The translations under genes were made by a program, and so were the position numbers. The notes below the pieces were generated by a model. The model saw only the letters and a list, made by a program, of their open reading frames with translations, did no database searches and was not told the DNA's origin. This document shows positions 12,727 to 23,182 of a stretch of 64,000 nt of DNA, piece by piece. The first letter of the stretch is position 1; every line of letters starts with the position of its first letter. Origin of the DNA: Prochlorococcus sp. AG-355-B18 (GTDB lineage Bacteria; Cyanobacteriota; Cyanobacteriia; PCC-6307; Cyanobiaceae); assembly GCA_003280965.1 (NCBI GenBank), contig QCDI01000006.1:1-64000 (forward strand), written 5' to 3'.

Positions 12727-13221
12727 TGTTCAAATCCTTTTGTAGATAAATCTACTCAATATGAATTGCATTCTCCAAATAAAAATAAGATTGACTTAAG
12801 TTATTTAGGTTCAGCCTCCCTAGATGACTAAGGATTACTTTGAGTGCACATTAAAAATATTTTTAAGTGACTTTCCAAGATCTCAGATCCGTTGGTTTTC
12901 AAAAGACTAAAAGTTAGCAATTGAAAACAATTTATATATTCTTGACGGGACCTCACACCTTTATTGCAAATACATCTAAAAATTATCAAATCAAGATTTG
13001 ATAAAGTTTTGACGCAATAAAAGCATCAGTTCCTAAGTTTTTAAATTTTCTAGGTGCAGAGCTAGACAAAAAATGAATAACTCATTTTGAAGGGAAACCC
13101 TTCTTCTGGCTGAAAATACTGATCGAAATCAAATCTCCAAAATATTCTCACATTCACCAAAAATCAGATTTGAGGTAAATGTTTGAATAATGCAAAAAAT
13201 TATATTTTTGCCCAGAAGAAA

Positions 13222-13251
13222 ATACTAAACCATCCGACTGTAATTTTGCAA
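13222..13251 (-). promoter_or_regulatory. candidate sigma70-type rRNA operon promoter
   Basis: Minus strand TTGCAA-N18-TAGTAT with A/T tracts upstream (UP-element-like). Confidence 0.4.
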
Positions 13252-13337
13252 CCTTTTATACAAAAAATTTTTATTAATTTTTTTTTGTTCAAAGTCTCCT
13301 TAAAGAACTAGGCTTTAAATAGAGGGATTAACATGAA

Positions 13338-14777
13338 ATGGCAGAAAGATTTAGTCAAAAAAATTTAAGAGTACGACCAAGTTCAGATGAGGAGAAAATT
13401 GTAACAAATGCAAAAAAACACTTCGAAAAGACTCTTGTTGAAATATCAGGAGAACTAGTAGGCAGTGTTGCTGCGTTAGAACACCCAACAAAGAATAAAA
13501 AGTTAAATTATGGAGAAATATTTTTAAGAGACAACGTTCCAGTAATGATTTACCTCATTACCCAAAAACGGTACGAAATTGTCAAAAGATTCCTAAGTGT
13601 TTGCCTTGAGTTACAAAGCACTAATTATCAAACACGTGGAGTATTTCCTACTAGTTTCGTTGAAGAAGATGGAAAGCTCATTGGAGACTATGGTCAAAGA
13701 TCAATTGGGAGGATTACTTCAGCTGATGCAAGCTTATGGTGGCCAATTTTATGTTGGTATTATGTCAATAAAAGCGGTGATTATGCCTTCGGAAAAAGTC
13801 AAAGTGTCCAAAGAGGTATTCAACTTCTTTTAGATCTAGTTCTACATCCAACATTTGAGGGTACACCCGTACTTTTTGTTCCAGATTGTGCCTTTATGAT
13901 TGATAGACCTATGGATGTGTGGGGAGCACCTTTAGAAGTTGAAGTTTTACTGCATGGATGTTTAAAAAGCTGCATCAACTTAATGGAATTAAGTCGGGCA
14001 GATCATTTAAGTAGACTCTTAGATCAAAGACTAATTCTCACAAATCAATGGGTAAAGGACTTAGGAAGTTTTCTCTTAAAACACTATTGGGTTACAAGCC
14101 AAACAATGCAAATCTTAAGAAGAAGACCGACTGAGCAGTATGGAGATGATCAACACTTCAATGAATTTAATGTTCAACCTCAAGTAGTACCATCATGGCT
14201 TCAAGATTGGTTAGAAAATAGAGGTGGCTATTTGATAGGAAATATTAGAACAGGAAGGCCTGACTTTCGATTTTACAGTTTAGGAAATTCTTTAGCTTGT
14301 ATGTTTGGAGTACTTCCTCCTGCAGAACAAAGAGCTTTATTTAGATTAGTTTTACACAATAGGCAGCATTTGATGGCTCAAATGCCTATGAGAATTTGTC
14401 ATCCTCATATGGATGTCGAAGAATGGCAAAATAAAACTGGTTCTGATCCAAAGAATTGGCCTTGGAGTTACCACAATGGAGGTCATTGGCCAAGTTTACT
14501 TTGGTTTTTCGGTACTGCTGTACTTCTACACCAAAAGAAATTTCCTTCTGATGATGTAATTCTTATGGAGGAAATGAAATCTTTAATCGAAGAATCTTAT
14601 TGGTGTCAACTTAATCAATTACCTAAGCAAGAATGGGCTGAATATTTTGATGGACCTACGGGTACTTGGGTTGGGCAGCAATCAAGGACATACCAAACCT
14701 GGACGATTGTTGGATTTCTATTAATGCACCACTTCCTTAGACAAGAAAGCGATGACTTAGATATGTTTAAAATTTGA
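13338..14777 (+). CDS. alkaline/neutral invertase (GH100)
   Basis: LNYGEIFLRD, DCAFMIDRPM, WPWSYHNGGHWP, WAEYFDG. Confidence 0.93.
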   Translation: MAERFSQKNLRVRPSSDEEKIVTNAKKHFEKTLVEISGELVGSVAALEHPTKNKKLNYGEIFLRDNVPVMIYLITQKRYEIVKRFLSVCLELQSTNYQTRGVFPTSFVEEDGKLIGDYGQRSIGRITSADASLWWPILCWYYVNKSGDYAFGKSQSVQRGIQLLLDLVLHPTFEGTPVLFVPDCAFMIDRPMDVWGAPLEVEVLLHGCLKSCINLMELSRADHLSRLLDQRLILTNQWVKDLGSFLLKHYWVTSQTMQILRRRPTEQYGDDQHFNEFNVQPQVVPSWLQDWLENRGGYLIGNIRTGRPDFRFYSLGNSLACMFGVLPPAEQRALFRLVLHNRQHLMAQMPMRICHPHMDVEEWQNKTGSDPKNWPWSYHNGGHWPSLLWFFGTAVLLHQKKFPSDDVILMEEMKSLIEESYWCQLNQLPKQEWAEYFDGPTGTWVGQQSRTYQTWTIVGFLLMHHFLRQESDDLDMFKI

Positions 14778-14778
14778 G

Positions 14779-15261
14779 TTAAAATAAACCTAAAGTTAGA
14801 GACTTATCAATTGGTAAGCAAGCACCAATAGCAAGATAAATTGTTAGGAAAGTACCAAACAAGAATACTGACATTGCTATTGGTCTTCTAAAGGGGTTAG
14901 AGAATTTATTAACGTTCTCGATAAATGGTAAAACCATTAATCCTAGAGGGATTAGTGTTTGAAGTGCTATACCCAAAAGTTTATTAGGAACTACCCTCAG
15001 TATTTGAAAAACGGGATAAAGGTACCATTCAGGAAGTATTTCTAAGGGAGTAGCAAATGGGTTTGCTTTGTCTCCCAACATTGCAGGATCAAGAACTGCT
15101 AATCCAACCACACAGGCAATTGTGCCTAAAATCACTACTGGGAAAATATATAGTAAATCATTTGGCCAAGCAGGCTCTCCGTAATAATTATGACCCATAC
15201 CTTTGGCTAATTTTGCTCTTAATTTTGGGTCAGATAAATCTGGTTTCTTTAACGTAGACAT
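14779..15261 (-). CDS. petD: cytochrome b6f subunit IV
   Basis: [22 protein letters not shown]. Confidence 0.99.
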   Translation of the reverse strand: MSTLKKPDLSDPKLRAKLAKGMGHNYYGEPAWPNDLLYIFPVVILGTIACVVGLAVLDPAMLGDKANPFATPLEILPEWYLYPVFQILRVVPNKLLGIALQTLIPLGLMVLPFIENVNKFSNPFRRPIAMSVFLFGTFLTIYLAIGACLPIDKSLTLGLF

Positions 15262-15294
15262 TTGGATCTAAGAAGATAATTAAAGTATAGGAGT

Positions 15295-15951
15295 TTATAA
15301 AGGACCTGAAATACCCTGTTTACGAATCATTAGAAAATGCATCAACATGAAAACGGCTAATGACCATGGCAAAACAAAAGTATGAAGGCTATAGAACCTT
15401 GTAAGAGTTGATTGTCCAACACTTTCTCCACCTCTTAGTAGTTCAACCATAAAATCACCAATTATTGGTATGGCAGCTGGCACGCCTGAAACTATCTTCA
15501 CTGCCCAGTAACCTACTTGATCCCAAGGCAAAGAATATCCTGTTACACCAAAAGCAACTGTTATGACTGCCATTACAACGCCTGTAACCCAAGTTAATTC
15601 TCTTGGTCTTTTGAAACCACCTGTAAGATAAACCCTAAACACATGAAGGATTAACATTAAAACCATCATAGATGCACTCCATCTATGAACAGATCGGATT
15701 AACCATCCAAAACTTACGTCGGTCATTAAATAGCTGACCGAACTATAAGCTTGAGTAACTGTTGGCTTATAGTAAAAAGTCATTGCAAAACCTGTTGCAA
15801 ATTGAATAAGGAAGCATACTAGAGTTATGCCTCCTAAACAATAAAAAATATTTACGTGAGGGGGTACGTACTTGGAAGTTACGTCGTCTGTTATGTCTTG
15901 AATTTCAAGCCTTTCTTGAAACCAGTCATAAACGGATGAAGAATTCGCCAT
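15295..15951 (-). CDS. petB: cytochrome b6
   Basis: [31 protein letters not shown]. Confidence 0.99.
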   Translation of the reverse strand: MANSSSVYDWFQERLEIQDITDDVTSKYVPPHVNIFYCLGGITLVCFLIQFATGFAMTFYYKPTVTQAYSSVSYLMTDVSFGWLIRSVHRWSASMMVLMLILHVFRVYLTGGFKRPRELTWVTGVVMAVITVAFGVTGYSLPWDQVGYWAVKIVSGVPAAIPIIGDFMVELLRGGESVGQSTLTRFYSLHTFVLPWSLAVFMLMHFLMIRKQGISGPL

Positions 15952-16001
15952 CCAAAAAAAAATTAGCTTTGATATAAAGAGCTTACTTAAAATTCTTATA
16001 C

Positions 16002-17306
16002 TTGGTGTTAAGACTTAACCCAATGAATTCATCTTTTAACAAATTTTTAACATTCAAAACAATGTTCACTGCATTAATGATCATTGTTTTTTCTACCAAT
16101 TTTTTATTGATTGAAAGAGTGGAAGCTCTCAGTGATAGCAAGCAATTAGTCCTTGACGCTTGGACCTTTGTGAATGAGGGTTTTTATGACCCAGAAAAGT
16201 TTGATGAAATAAATTGGAAGAGAATTAGACAAAAAACATTACAGAAACAAATTGAAACAAGTGAAGAGGCTTATTTCGCAATTGAAGACATGTTGAGGCC
16301 TCTAGAGGATCCTTACACAAGAGTTTTACGCCCAAAAGATTACGAACTACTTAAATCAAGTAATTTTGGTAGCGAGATTAATGGTGTTGGACTTCAATTA
16401 GGGGAAGAAAATGATAGCAATAAAGTAAAAGTTGTCTCTACTCTTGGCGGCTCACCAGCAGAAGAAGCTGGGATTGTTAGCGGGGACTTCATAGAGAAAG
16501 TAGATGGAATTTCATCAGAAGAATTAGGCCTTGCAAATACTGCCTCTAAGTTAAGGGGTGAATCAGGAACCAAAGTTTTAGTTGAAATATCTTCGGAATC
16601 AGGAGAAATTAGAGAGATAGATTTAGAAAGAAGATCGGTAGATCTCAGGCCAGTTAGGACAAAAAGATTAAGAGACGATTCCCACACAATAGGGTATCTT
16701 AGGATAACTCAATTTAGCGAAAGCGTGCCCAAAAAGGTTGAGGAAGCTCTTCAGGAATTAAAAGAAAAAGAGGTTGAAGGATTAATTTTGGATCTAAGGA
16801 ATAATTCGGGCGGACTTGTGAGCTCAGGAATCGCAGTAGCAGACTCATTATTGAGTGAGAAACCAATAGTAGAGACGAAAAATAGGAATGGAATTAAAGA
16901 TGCAATAACGTCTCAAAAAGAGACTTCTTATGATGGACCAATGGTAACTTTAGTTAATAAAGGGACTGCTAGTGCTAGTGAGATACTTGCTGGATCTCTG
17001 CAGGATAACGGCAGATCTACTCTATTAGGAGAACAAACTTATGGAAAAGGTTTAATTCAATCCCTAAAAAGTTTGGGAGAAAATAGTGGGGTAGCAATAA
17101 CAGTTGCCAGTTATTTAACTCCTAAAGGTAATAATATTCAAGGGCAAGGTATTACACCGGACAAATTATTGGATCTGCCGGATGCGAGTGATTACGGAAG
17201 TGCTGAAGATAAGTGGGTGAGAAATGCAGAATTATTTTTAGATTCATTTCTAGAAAAAGAAGAAGTTTCAATTCAAACTCCTGAAATAAGCAATGAAGAA
17301 ATATAA
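16002..17306 (+). CDS. ctpA: carboxyl-terminal processing protease (S41)
   Basis: [27 protein letters not shown]; start may be ATG at 16023; which Ctp paralogue is uncertain. Confidence 0.9.
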   Translation: MVLRLNPMNSSFNKFLTFKTMFTALMIIVFSTNFLLIERVEALSDSKQLVLDAWTFVNEGFYDPEKFDEINWKRIRQKTLQKQIETSEEAYFAIEDMLRPLEDPYTRVLRPKDYELLKSSNFGSEINGVGLQLGEENDSNKVKVVSTLGGSPAEEAGIVSGDFIEKVDGISSEELGLANTASKLRGESGTKVLVEISSESGEIREIDLERRSVDLRPVRTKRLRDDSHTIGYLRITQFSESVPKKVEEALQELKEKEVEGLILDLRNNSGGLVSSGIAVADSLLSEKPIVETKNRNGIKDAITSQKETSYDGPMVTLVNKGTASASEILAGSLQDNGRSTLLGEQTYGKGLIQSLKSLGENSGVAITVASYLTPKGNNIQGQGITPDKLLDLPDASDYGSAEDKWVRNAELFLDSFLEKEEVSIQTPEISNEEI

Positions 17307-17352
17307 CCCTCAAGTAGTTAAAGATATTGATAAATAAAAATTTAAAAACACT

Positions 17353-18609
17353 ATGAGTATCAAAAGAATTTTCCATGACCCAATTCACAAAGAGATAGTA
17401 TTTGATTCAGGGAAGCCGGAAGAGTTAATGATTATGGAATTAATTGATACAATAGCTTTTCAAAGGTTAAGAAGAATAAAACAATTAGGGGCAGCATCAT
17501 TAGTATTTCATGGTGCAGAATCGAGTAGATTTACCCATTCAATTGGCGTTTTTTGTATCGCAAGAAAAATATATCAAAGATTAATTGAAATTAAATCTTC
17601 TTTTTATGAAAATAGATTTGTTTTATATGGAGCAGCTCTTCTTCATGATTTAGGTCATGGACCTTTGAGCCATACTAGTGAAGTTATATTTGATCATAAT
17701 CACGAAAAATGGTCTCAAAACTTAGTTAAAAATTATTCTCCAATAAATTCAATACTCAAAAAGTATGACAACGAATTACCGAAAAAAATATGTGAATTAT
17801 TTGAATCAAAACAACTATTTTCAAATCCTTTAAAAACATTGATTAGCAGTGAAATAGATTGTGATCGTCTTGATTATCTTTTACGCGATAGTTACAATAC
17901 AGGCACCAAATATGGCTTAGTAGATTTAGAAAGAATTATTTCAGGTCTTACTTTTTCACCTGATGGAAATATTGCAATCAAACCAAAAGGAATTATAGCT
18001 ATTGAGCATTTCTTAGTACTAAGAAACCTAATGTACAGAACCATTTATAATCACAGAATAAACGTAATATCGACATGGATTCTTGAAAAAATAATATTCA
18101 CAATAAAAGATAATTTTGAAAAAAAAATATGGATTGATAATTCACTTCATAAATGGATATTTTCATCCCAAAATCTAGACTTTGATGATTTCATAAAAAA
18201 TGATGATATAACTTTCTATTATCATTTAATTAAATGGAAAGATGAATCTTTCGAGCCACTTTCTAAGCTTTGCAAAATGTTTATTGACAGAGATCTGTTA
18301 AGGGCATCAGATATAAGTTTTCTAAATAAAGTGGATAGACTTAATATCCTTGCATTTGCAAAAAAATTATGTGAAAAAAATAATTATGATTCAGAAATAT
18401 TTTGTGGTATTAAAGAAAGATCATTTAAAGGTTTTGAATCAAACAATGCTTTTAAAATATGGGATGGGACTTATCAAAACTCACTCGAATGTAGTTCTGA
18501 ATTAATTAAAACCCTAGTAAAGTCTAGGGAAATTTCTCTAATAATCTATCCAAATCTAATCAAAAGTGAAATTACGAATCAAATTTCAGTTTTAAAAAAT
18601 AATTCCTAA
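17353..18609 (+). CDS. HD-superfamily phosphohydrolase (dNTPase-like)
   Basis: FQRLRRIKQLG, RFTHSIG, LLHDLGHGPLSH, DCDRLDYLLRDS. Confidence 0.9.
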   Translation: MSIKRIFHDPIHKEIVFDSGKPEELMIMELIDTIAFQRLRRIKQLGAASLVFHGAESSRFTHSIGVFCIARKIYQRLIEIKSSFYENRFVLYGAALLHDLGHGPLSHTSEVIFDHNHEKWSQNLVKNYSPINSILKKYDNELPKKICELFESKQLFSNPLKTLISSEIDCDRLDYLLRDSYNTGTKYGLVDLERIISGLTFSPDGNIAIKPKGIIAIEHFLVLRNLMYRTIYNHRINVISTWILEKIIFTIKDNFEKKIWIDNSLHKWIFSSQNLDFDDFIKNDDITFYYHLIKWKDESFEPLSKLCKMFIDRDLLRASDISFLNKVDRLNILAFAKKLCEKNNYDSEIFCGIKERSFKGFESNNAFKIWDGTYQNSLECSSELIKTLVKSREISLIIYPNLIKSEITNQISVLKNNS

Positions 18610-18619
18610 ATTAAATTCA

Positions 18620-19282
18620 ATGAACATCGTTTTAAGTAGTACTGTAAGTAATTATTTTGAAATTTTTTCTTTGGAAGATTTGGATAATATCCATGAAACT
18701 TTGAGAAAATTTTTTTCCAAAAAAGAACCTATAGAAGCAAAAATTTTATCAATCAATGAGTCAATAAGTATTCATCAATTATCAAAATTAAAAAATCATT
18801 TGGACAACCTTAATGTTTTTTCTCTATGCATTTACTCAAATGACAGAAATACAATTTTAACTGGGAAGTCTTTAATGATAAATTCAACCTTTCTTAAAGA
18901 ACAAGAGGTTAAAAAAAAGTTACTTTTATTCAATTCAAAAAAGAAGGATGATATTCTTCATGAAGGGACAGTTAGATCAGGCGACAGAATATCTTCAAAT
19001 GGAAACCTATGCATTATTGGAGACGTTAATCCAGGAGCTATAGTTTCTGCTAAAAATAATATTTACGTTTGGGGCAAACTTTTAGGGATTGCATTCGCAG
19101 GGAATACTGGAAATAATAATGCCTCTATAGCATCACTTTATTTAAACCCTTTACAGTTAAGAATTGCAGATGTGATAGCTATTGGCCCAAAAGACAAGCC
19201 CCAGAATTATTATCCAGAAATTGCCTTAATTGATAATCGGACAATAATTATCAAACCTCACATAATAGAAACTAAAAATTAA
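18620..19282 (+). CDS. minC: septum site-determining protein MinC
   Basis: TVRSG, GDVNPGA, VWGKLLGIAFAG; upstream of minD. Confidence 0.9.
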   Translation: MNIVLSSTVSNYFEIFSLEDLDNIHETLRKFFSKKEPIEAKILSINESISIHQLSKLKNHLDNLNVFSLCIYSNDRNTILTGKSLMINSTFLKEQEVKKKLLLFNSKKKDDILHEGTVRSGDRISSNGNLCIIGDVNPGAIVSAKNNIYVWGKLLGIAFAGNTGNNNASIASLYLNPLQLRIADVIAIGPKDKPQNYYPEIALIDNRTIIIKPHIIETKN

Positions 19283-19395
19283 TCAATCATTTGAAATAAA
19301 TTAATTAATACTGGATAAATTTAAGGATTACTTAATCTTTAAAATATTTAACTTTCTCAAAGGTAGTCTTATCATTTGAAAAATCCTTAAACTTC

Positions 19396-20211
19396 GTGGC
19401 GGAAAATACTCGCACAATATTAATTTGTTCAGGAAAAGGTGGGGTTGGTAAAACCACTTTAACTGCAAACCTAGGCATTGCACTTGCCAATAGCGGAGCA
19501 ACCACTGCTGTACTAGATGCTGATTTTGGATTAAGAAATTTAGACCTTCTTCTGGGATTAGAAAATCGCATTGTATATACTGCTCAAGATGTTCTAGACA
19601 AAAATTGTCGTCTTGACCAAGCATTGGTCAGACATAAAAAGGAACCTAATCTAGCTCTTCTACCTGCTGGAGATCCAAGGATGCTTGATTGGATGAAGCC
19701 AGAAGATATGAAAAAAATTAGTGAGTTACTAAGCGAAAAATTTGATTTTGTTTTAGTAGATTGCCCTGCTGGAGTAGAGGACGGCTTTAAAAATGCACTT
19801 GCAGCTTGTAAAGAAGCTATAGTTGTCACCAATCCGGAATTATCTGCAGTACGAGATGCTGATAGGGTTATAGGTATTCTAAATACATCCGATATAAAAC
19901 CTATTCAACTTGTAATCAATAGAGTTCGCCCTAACATGATGGCTAGTCAAGAAATGCTATCAATTGAAGATGTTCAAGGGATCCTATCCTTGCCTTTATT
20001 AGGTATTGTTTTAGAAGATGAACAAGTAATAATAAGTACAAATAGAGGAGAGCCACTAACACTTACAGATAGTAGATCTCCTGCAAAAAAATGCTATCTG
20101 AATGTTTCTCAAAGACTTACAGGTAAAGATGTACCAATTATTGACCCCAAAAATGAAGGTAAAAGCCTTAAAGATAAATTCATGAGATTAATGCAAACAA
20201 AGGTTTTTTAA
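19396..20211 (+). CDS. minD: septum site-determining ATPase MinD
   Basis: [23 protein letters not shown]. Confidence 0.98.
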   Translation: MAENTRTILICSGKGGVGKTTLTANLGIALANSGATTAVLDADFGLRNLDLLLGLENRIVYTAQDVLDKNCRLDQALVRHKKEPNLALLPAGDPRMLDWMKPEDMKKISELLSEKFDFVLVDCPAGVEDGFKNALAACKEAIVVTNPELSAVRDADRVIGILNTSDIKPIQLVINRVRPNMMASQEMLSIEDVQGILSLPLLGIVLEDEQVIISTNRGEPLTLTDSRSPAKKCYLNVSQRLTGKDVPIIDPKNEGKSLKDKFMRLMQTKVF

Positions 20212-20212
20212 A

Positions 20213-20548
20213 ATGATGACTCTCAGAGATCTGATAAACAAATTACTAGGCAGAGAGACTGCTAGTGCAAATACGGCCAGAGAAAGATTGCAGCTTGTGT
20301 TGGCTCATGACAGAGTTGATATGAGTTCTTTGACGACTGATCTTTTGGATAAAATGAGGAAAGAAATTCTTGATGTTGTTGCTAAATATGTTGAGATTGA
20401 TTTTGAAGAGGTCGCAGTTAGTTTAGAAACTGAAGATAGAATGACTGCACTAGTTGCTAATTTACCAATCAAAAGAACTATTTCAGGAGAAATAAAATTT
20501 AAAAAAACTGATAAATCTGAAAAAACTGATAAAGATATCAAAAAGTAA
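20213..20548 (+). CDS. minE: cell division topological specificity factor MinE
   Basis: [25 protein letters not shown]. Confidence 0.97.
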   Translation: MMTLRDLINKLLGRETASANTARERLQLVLAHDRVDMSSLTTDLLDKMRKEILDVVAKYVEIDFEEVAVSLETEDRMTALVANLPIKRTISGEIKFKKTDKSEKTDKDIKK

Positions 20549-20611
20549 TAAATTTAAAAAAAACAAAAAAAACTGATAATTGATCCTTCGTAAATGTAAG
20601 ATAGTAAGATT

Positions 20612-20683
20612 GCCGGCTTAGCTCAGCGGTAGAGCAGCGCTTTTGTAAAGCGAAGGTCATCAGTTCAAATCTGTTAGCCGGCA
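20612..20683 (+). tRNA. trnT: tRNA-Thr(TGT)
   Basis: GCCGGCTTAGCTCAGCGGTAGAGCA, loop TTTGTAA, GTTCAAATC; no encoded CCA. Confidence 0.95.
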
Positions 20684-20694
20684 TTTAGTTTTAT

Positions 20695-20862
20695 TTAATT
20701 CTTATCAATATTTTTTGTAGAAAACAATATAATCAAGCCTGTTAAGGCAAGAACAGGAAATAATCTTATTTCAAGTACATACTCTAAAAAATACGCAAGT
20801 GGTTCAAATATCCAATAAGTAAAAAATTGAATTAATAAAACAAAAAACAATAATAAAAACAT
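20695..20862 (-). CDS. 55-aa hydrophobic small membrane protein
   Basis: Hand-translated MFLLLFFVLLIQFFTYWIFEPLAYFLEYVLEIRLFPVLALTGLIILFSTKNIDKN*; ATG overlaps the tsaC stop (TAATG). Confidence 0.6.
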   Translation of the reverse strand: MFLLLFFVLLIQFFTYWIFEPLAYFLEYVLEIRLFPVLALTGLIILFSTKNIDKN

Positions 20863-21443
20863 TAATACAATTCCTTCACGAATACTTCACCTTCTCTAAT
20901 TAGCTGCCAATCGCCAATCCTCTTCCAAGATATTATGGTACTAGCTTTTCCACTACTTTTTCCCCATGGAATAGGTCCTAGAATTTCTACAGAAGGAAAA
21001 TCTAAAGCAATACCTTCAGCTGTTATTGATCCTGTGAAGCCTGAAATATTTGCACTTGAAGTTAACAATGGTCCTGTTTCTTGTATTAGAGCTTGAGCAA
21101 TAGATGAATCCGGGATTCTTAAACCAAGAGTATGATCTTTGCTTGTGAGCAATTCATTCTGCTGTTCTGAAGCAGGGATGATCATTGTCAGAGCTCCAGG
21201 CCAATATTTTGAAGCTATTATTTCGAAATCTTCTCTAGCCGATTCGTGAACATAATCTATTAGTTGTTTATATTTTGATCCCATAAGAATTAGAGGTTTA
21301 TTTCTATCTCTTTTTTTATATTCATAAATAATTTTTGAAAATTTTGGCAAGCATCCAATTGCTGGTAATGTGTCTGTCGGGAAAATTACAGGTAAACCAC
21401 TTCTAAGCGTCTTCAAAGCTGATTTGCAGTTTATTAAATTCAT
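20862..21443 (-). CDS. tsaC: threonylcarbamoyl-AMP synthase (Sua5/YrdC)
   Basis: FPTDT, KKRDRNKPL, WPGALT, GLRIP, SSANISG. Confidence 0.92.
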   Translation of the reverse strand: MNLINCKSALKTLRSGLPVIFPTDTLPAIGCLPKFSKIIYEYKKRDRNKPLILMGSKYKQLIDYVHESAREDFEIIASKYWPGALTMIIPASEQQNELLTSKDHTLGLRIPDSSIAQALIQETGPLLTSSANISGFTGSITAEGIALDFPSVEILGPIPWGKSSGKASTIISWKRIGDWQLIREGEVFVKELY

Positions 21444-21463
21444 TTAGATTATTAACCAATAAT

Positions 21464-22333
21464 TTATTTATATCTTCCAATGGTAAACCTACCAATACCC
21501 GAAAGATCATTCACAATCTCTACAGACTTAAATTTATTTTTAATAAGTAGTTGTTTTACTTTTTCGCCTTGATCAAAATGATTCTCTAAAATTAGCCATC
21601 CCTTTTCTTTTAAAAATAACGGTGCTTTTTGAATTATTTCCCTAATGTGTTTTAAGCCATCTTCCCCTCCTAATAGGGCGATTTCTGGCTCGAAATTTTT
21701 AACTTCTTTAGGTAATTTTTCATAAGTATTTTTAGGAATATAAGGCGGATTTGAGATAGCGAGATCTATTTTCCCTTTAAAACTCTCAAAAGGGTTCCAC
21801 CAATATCCACAATAAAATTTCAGATTTGTTTGTTTAGAACAATTTATATTATTTTTAATTGCTATATCTAATGCATCTTGATCAATATCAGTTGCTATTC
21901 CATCCCACAATGGATAAGCCAATGCCAAAGCAATACTAATAGCACCTGATCCAGTTCCTAATTCAGCAAAAGTTAATTTTTGAGATTTTTTACCAAATAT
22001 CTTGTAGACAATATCAATTATAAATTCTGTCTCCGGTCTTGGAATGAGTACTTTATCAGTTACTTTTAGTCTTAAATCCCTCCAAAATGCAATGCCGCAA
22101 AGATATTGTATAGGAATGGATTTCGACGAATGATCATGCCAAATAGATTCTAAATGTTCTAAATTTTTTTTTAAATATAAAGTTCCCTCAGGGTTTATGC
22201 TCAATAAATTGAGATCACTTGCAGAGATACCTCCTATACAGTCTAGTAAAACTGCAAAAGATTGATAATCGCCTCCTTTAGATAGTTGCTTTTTTTTCCA
22301 ACATAAAAATTCTTTTACAGAAATGCTGAGCAT
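21464..22333 (-). CDS. prmC: release factor glutamine methyltransferase
   Basis: VLIPRPETE, ELGTGSGAI, SNPPYI. Confidence 0.95.
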   Translation of the reverse strand: MLSISVKEFLCWKKKQLSKGGDYQSFAVLLDCIGGISASDLNLLSINPEGTLYLKKNLEHLESIWHDHSSKSIPIQYLCGIAFWRDLRLKVTDKVLIPRPETEFIIDIVYKIFGKKSQKLTFAELGTGSGAISIALALAYPLWDGIATDIDQDALDIAIKNNINCSKQTNLKFYCGYWWNPFESFKGKIDLAISNPPYIPKNTYEKLPKEVKNFEPEIALLGGEDGLKHIREIIQKAPLFLKEKGWLILENHFDQGEKVKQLLIKNKFKSVEIVNDLSGIGRFTIGRYK

Positions 22334-22344
22334 CTATAAAAGTT

Positions 22345-22497
22345 TTAGCGTTTTGGACCTAGCCTACCTTTACTAGAGTCTGAATAGAAGCTTGATTTTT
22401 CGCCGTCTTGAGTAGAAATAAATAAACCTATAAGGAATATTGTTGGGATCCCTACAAATAAAAGGCTAGCTACGAATCCAAAATTAGTTGTTTCCAT
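22345..22497 (-). CDS. psbM: photosystem II protein M
   Basis: Hand-translated METTNFGFVASLLFVGIPTIFLIGLFIST... (50 aa). Confidence 0.93.
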   Translation of the reverse strand: METTNFGFVASLLFVGIPTIFLIGLFISTQDGEKSSFYSDSSKGRLGPKR

Positions 22498-22598
22498 TTA
22501 GTTGGCAATTCAATTAGGTATTAAGACTATAGACATATAACTTTAAATAAAGTGGAAAAATAAACAATTTTTATTAACTGATTAACAGTCTTAAACAA

Positions 22599-22961
22599 TT
22601 AGCGAGGTAATTTTTTATTATCACTAATTTTCTTTAGTTCTTCTAAATTTGACGGAGGTGATTGTGGTTTTGTCAAGATTACTGCAGAAGATTTAATTAA
22701 TGTTTGGCAGGCAAGTCGCCAATTTTCAGGTCTATTTTTAAGTTTTTCTTCTTCAGCAGAGCTAAAAGGGCTGAGAGAATTTTTGTTTCCTCCTTCAACT
22801 GAAATAAAACAAGTACTACATTGGCCTGCTCCTCCACAATTTCCTAAAATACCTTTTAACCCATAAAGTTGTAAGTTCTCTTTCATTACTAATTCCCTTA
22901 AGTTTTCACCAGGATTGCATTGAACGTCTAATCCTTCTCGAATGAATCTAATAGTTGCCAT
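22599..22961 (-). CDS. 2Fe-2S ferredoxin-like protein
   Basis: NCGGAGQCSTC...RLACQ. Confidence 0.92.
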   Translation of the reverse strand: MATIRFIREGLDVQCNPGENLRELVMKENLQLYGLKGILGNCGGAGQCSTCFISVEGGNKNSLSPFSSAEEEKLKNRPENWRLACQTLIKSSAVILTKPQSPPSNLEELKKISDNKKLPR

Positions 22962-23182
22962 TTTTTTTGTTATTTTTCTTATTTTGGCGTTTTACTTTGA
23001 GAATTGTGACCAAAATATTAACAATTTTTAGTTAAAAATTGCTCGTAACTTCAGTGATACAAATTGATCTAACCGATTTTTACAGGAAAATAAATTTATT
23101 TACAAAAATCCCTCAAAGCCTAAAAAACCCTTACTATCGTGATGTTTAGCTGTTTATTCAGCATAGTTACTAGAATTAACCG

